Shown piece after piece: positions 44,817-47,189 of a stretch of DNA of 47,189 nucleotides (position 1 is its first letter; each line of letters starts with the position of its first letter). The stretch covers positions 1-47,189 of the IMG/VR virus record IMGVR_UViG_3300023283_000092, one strand, 5' to 3'. The notes under the pieces are model-generated. The model worked only from the letters and a program-made list of their open reading frames with translations. It was not told the origin of the DNA and did no database searches. Both the position numbers and the translations under genes were made by a program. This DNA is from a virus (lineage: Duplodnaviria > Caudoviricetes).

Positions 44817-45528
44817 CCTCCACCTCGGCAAGACCGATCTCCTTCAGCTGAGGCAGACGGGCCGCGTCTCCGCGCTCCGCACCCGAACCACGCATGAACT
44901 GCTCCACGTTGCCCACCGGGGGCAACAGCACCACTGCGTGTTGGTGACGCACCTCCATCTGGTCCTTGCGGCCAAACTCGTCAGGATCTACCCTGGCGAG
45001 ATACTCGGCTGCGGCACGCCAGTCGTCGTCGAACCCGCGGCGCCACGACTGCACAGCGTCTAGCTTCGTGTAGGCCGTGGCCCGGTTGATTAGGCGCGTG
45101 GCAAGGACTCTCTCGGCGTCATTCCTCGAGATCACGCCGGCTTCCGCGTACTCCCGCACCGAGTCGTGGCTCTCGGATGACTCCCTGATGACGTCCATGG
45201 CATCATCTGCGACTGCACGCCAGTCGTAAATCGAACGCCTGCTCATACCCGCAAAGTCCGCAGCCAGCCTGTGAGGCGCCCCCACTAGCATAGCGAGCAC
45301 CAGCCGGCGCACCGTGGTGCGATCCCAACCGCCCACGTTACCCGCGCCCGCTGTGCGCTTGCGTAGCTGATCGCGGGTAGGTAGCTGGGACAACATCTGC
45401 TCAATGTCCGGTGGTAGGGCGATCTCACGGGTATCGCCCACTTCGGCAAGGTCCAGGCTGTTCAGGCGCTCGAGCATGTGCCTCGGGCGCTCATTCGTTG
45501 CGGCCACCAACTCCTTGGACTCTGACAT
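44809..45528 (-). CDS. terS: Terminase small subunit
   Basis: HTH (AADFAGMSRRSIYDW), DWRAAAEYLAR..PDEFGRKD; ATG at 45528. Confidence 0.8.
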   Translation of the reverse strand: MSESKELVAATNERPRHMLERLNSLDLAEVGDTREIALPPDIEQMLSQLPTRDQLRKRTAGAGNVGGWDRTTVRRLVLAMLVGAPHRLAADFAGMSRRSIYDWRAVADDAMDVIRESSESHDSVREYAEAGVISRNDAERVLATRLINRATAYTKLDAVQSWRRGFDDDWRAAAEYLARVDPDEFGRKDQMEVRHQHAVVLLPPVGNVEQFMRGSGAERGDAARLPQLKEIGLAEVEDD

Positions 45529-45535
45529 GGCCCAC

Positions 45536-45565
45536 AATATACACGCCGTCGCACCAGGGGTGCAA
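45536..45565 (-). promoter_or_regulatory. Promoter for terS, probably leaderless transcript
   Basis: TTGCAC-N18-TATATT, 7 nt before ATG, no RBS. Confidence 0.6.
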
Positions 45566-46077
45566 GTGTTACCAATTGTGTAAGATAATGGGGGCGGGTG
45601 AGTGACTCCGTTCAATGGGGCCCCAGGCGCGTACGGACTTGGTGGACCGCTTCCTTGCCCCCCCCGCCTGCGCACAAGGGGGGAAGCGACATCACCGGTG
45701 CTACCCCGGACCTGCGCTACATCTACATGCGTTCCCGCCGTCGCGCCCGGGTGGCGCCATCGCCTCGCGCTACGCCGGCATCCCACCGTAGCACCTGTTT
45801 GGCCACCACGACGCGACAATGGAGGCCTCGCCAAGGGGAAGCTCCCTCGCGTACGCGACCGAAGGCGCACCAGGGGAGTACGTCTAGGGCTCCCTCGCCG
45901 TCGCCCGATCCCATCATGCACGTCAACATCAGGCTACAACATGGGCCTTATCGCCTTCGCATATCATAGGCGACCCTGTTGCCACCCTGTTGCTACCTTT
46001 ACAACGGGAGGCGTTTCGTAACGGGCGTTAGCATACTATATATGGTAGCGAAGGGGCGAGCCGTCCTGTATCTAGTG

Positions 46078-46107
46078 TTGACAAGCGATTGCCATTCCAG
46101 CTAGACT
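46078..46107 (+). promoter_or_regulatory. Early promoter
   Basis: TTGACA-N18-TAGACT. Confidence 0.65.
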
Positions 46108-46150
46108 CGAAGGGCGAGATAAACGACGACCCTAGCAGGGAGCAAGAAAA

Positions 46151-46384
46151 ATGGACGTACAAGGGATCAGGGACAGTTTGGCCATTCTGGCCAATAGCGC
46201 CCGTCGCCACACTTCGCCCCGCAGCCACTCCTACGTGATGGCGGAATGGTGCCTTGGGAGATTCGAGGGGGCGCAACACTTGGTGATAGCGCATGTAGCC
46301 CACCGGGACACTTTCGAACAGGCGCGTAGGGTTGAGCGCCTTCTCAATCGTAGACTCGCCAGAGTGCACCCGCACCTGAAGTAG
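46151..46384 (+). CDS. Hypothetical early protein
   Basis: GGGAG RBS, first gene after promoter. Confidence 0.6.
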   Translation: MDVQGIRDSLAILANSARRHTSPRSHSYVMAEWCLGRFEGAQHLVIAHVAHRDTFEQARRVERLLNRRLARVHPHLK

Positions 46385-46578
46385 TGGAGGTAGTAGTGAG
46401 CGCAAGCCTGAAACTTTCCCCTGCGTTGTTGCGGGCGCTGTACGACCTGCTCAAGTACGGCCCATTCGCGGAGCCGGAGTCTTTCGACCGAGCGGAGAAA
46501 CTGGAAGATTTACTACGCTCCGCCGCCGCCAAAGCAAACATCACACTAGAAGGCGAACAGGAGGAGAGCGCACAATGA
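46384..46578 (+). CDS. Hypothetical early protein
   Basis: Tight packing; exact GTG start uncertain. Confidence 0.55.
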   Translation: MEVVVSASLKLSPALLRALYDLLKYGPFAEPESFDRAEKLEDLLRSAAAKANITLEGEQEESAQ

Positions 46579-46748
46579 TACTCGACGCAACAGCTGTGAT
46601 AATGGACGCCTTGAAACTGCGGCGCCGGCTAGAGCGCGGCAACAAGCCCACGGAAGCCGTCGAGGCCCTGATGACCCCGTTGGAGTACATCCATGGTGTC
46701 ACTGGCGACCTACTCGACGACATCGCCCGCTTGACGGACGACAGCTAG
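46575..46748 (+). CDS. 57-aa hypothetical protein (not in ORF track)
   Basis: GGAGGAG RBS, ATGA overlap. Confidence 0.55.
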   Translation: MILDATAVIMDALKLRRRLERGNKPTEAVEALMTPLEYIHGVTGDLLDDIARLTDDS

Positions 46749-46822
46749 CCCGCATCACTCGACGCCTGTTAGGGCGCGGCGCTACCATAGGTCGCGCCCC
46801 ACACCAATGAAAGGGGCGCACA

Positions 46823-47089
46823 ATGGACGCAATCAGGTACCGGATTTACACAGAGGATATCCAAGGTACAGAGGATATCGCCGCCCAACACTTCAGCGCA
46901 TTTACCATCATGAAGACTCGAGGATACTTTAGGGGCGAGCCGGAGCACTCGATCATCATAGAGATTGTCGGTTGCGTTGCGGATCGTCCCCTAGTCAACA
47001 AGGTCGCGAGGATCATCAGAGAACAGAATGAACAGCGCCTAGTGCTGGTGACGAGTGACAACGTTGACTTGAGCCTAATCGAAAGGTAG
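46823..47089 (+). CDS. SAM lyase/DUF3574 (P-II-like fold) protein
   Basis: GYFRGEPE and EQxxVLV motifs; own RBS AAGGGG. Confidence 0.55.
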   Translation: MDAIRYRIYTEDIQGTEDIAAQHFSAFTIMKTRGYFRGEPEHSIIIEIVGCVADRPLVNKVARIIREQNEQRLVLVTSDNVDLSLIER

Positions 47090-47189
47090 GGCGCTATGTC
47101 TAGCCTGTTGCTGTTCCTGTTCATCATGTACGTCATCCATTCGTTCCTGGAGGCGCTATAATGTTCTGGAACAGGGTCTTCGACCTGTT

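Larger units (their letters stand above)
1..47189. mobile_element. Near-complete tailed bacteriophage genome (podovirus-like), unit length ~46.1-46.7 kb
   Basis: Terminase-portal-scaffold-capsid-tail-ejection module, replication and lysis genes, repeated termini, no cellular housekeeping genes. Confidence 0.95.

Noticed and set aside
17238-45063. Numerous plus-strand ORFs antisense to structural genes
   Set aside because: Expected open frames opposite GC-rich genes; no motifs or RBS
44809-45921. 370-aa version of terminase small subunit
   Set aside because: The first 131 codons are low-complexity Arg/Pro/Gly and cross a promoter; start at 45528 fits better
1-47189. Impression that CTCGAG is over-represented
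   Set aside because: Cannot be counted reliably by eye, and Leu-Glu codon usage in GC-rich genes may explain it; needs a Markov-model k-mer test
1-47189. Prophage attachment site or dif-like site
   Set aside because: No integrase and no convincing XerC/D arm pair identified

Overview
The window looks like an essentially complete ~46-47 kb GC-rich tailed-phage genome of podovirus-like layout (no tape-measure gene recognised; large ejection proteins), with imperfectly repeated ends. The plus-strand block (~46.1 kb through the junction to 13.9 kb) holds small early genes, a SAM-lyase/P-II-like protein, an HhH glycosylase-like protein, SSB, Cas4-like nuclease, RuvC-like resolvase, 5'-nucleotidase, dNMP kinase, DnaB, GH108 endolysin, a metallophosphoesterase and small membrane proteins. 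The minus-strand block (45.5 to 16.9 kb) holds terminase, portal, scaffold, capsid, adaptor, tail and ejection genes. Between them lies a 2.7 kb minus-strand operon of 28 CCA-encoding tRNAs covering all 20 amino acids, with its own promoter, boxA-like site and terminator. Many of these tRNAs are non-canonical. The operon also carries a circularly permuted YrlA/Y-RNA-like tRNA mimic and other unexplained structured elements. No integrase, DNA polymerase, primase or RNA polymerase was recognised. All calls are by eye; no searches or folding programs were run.
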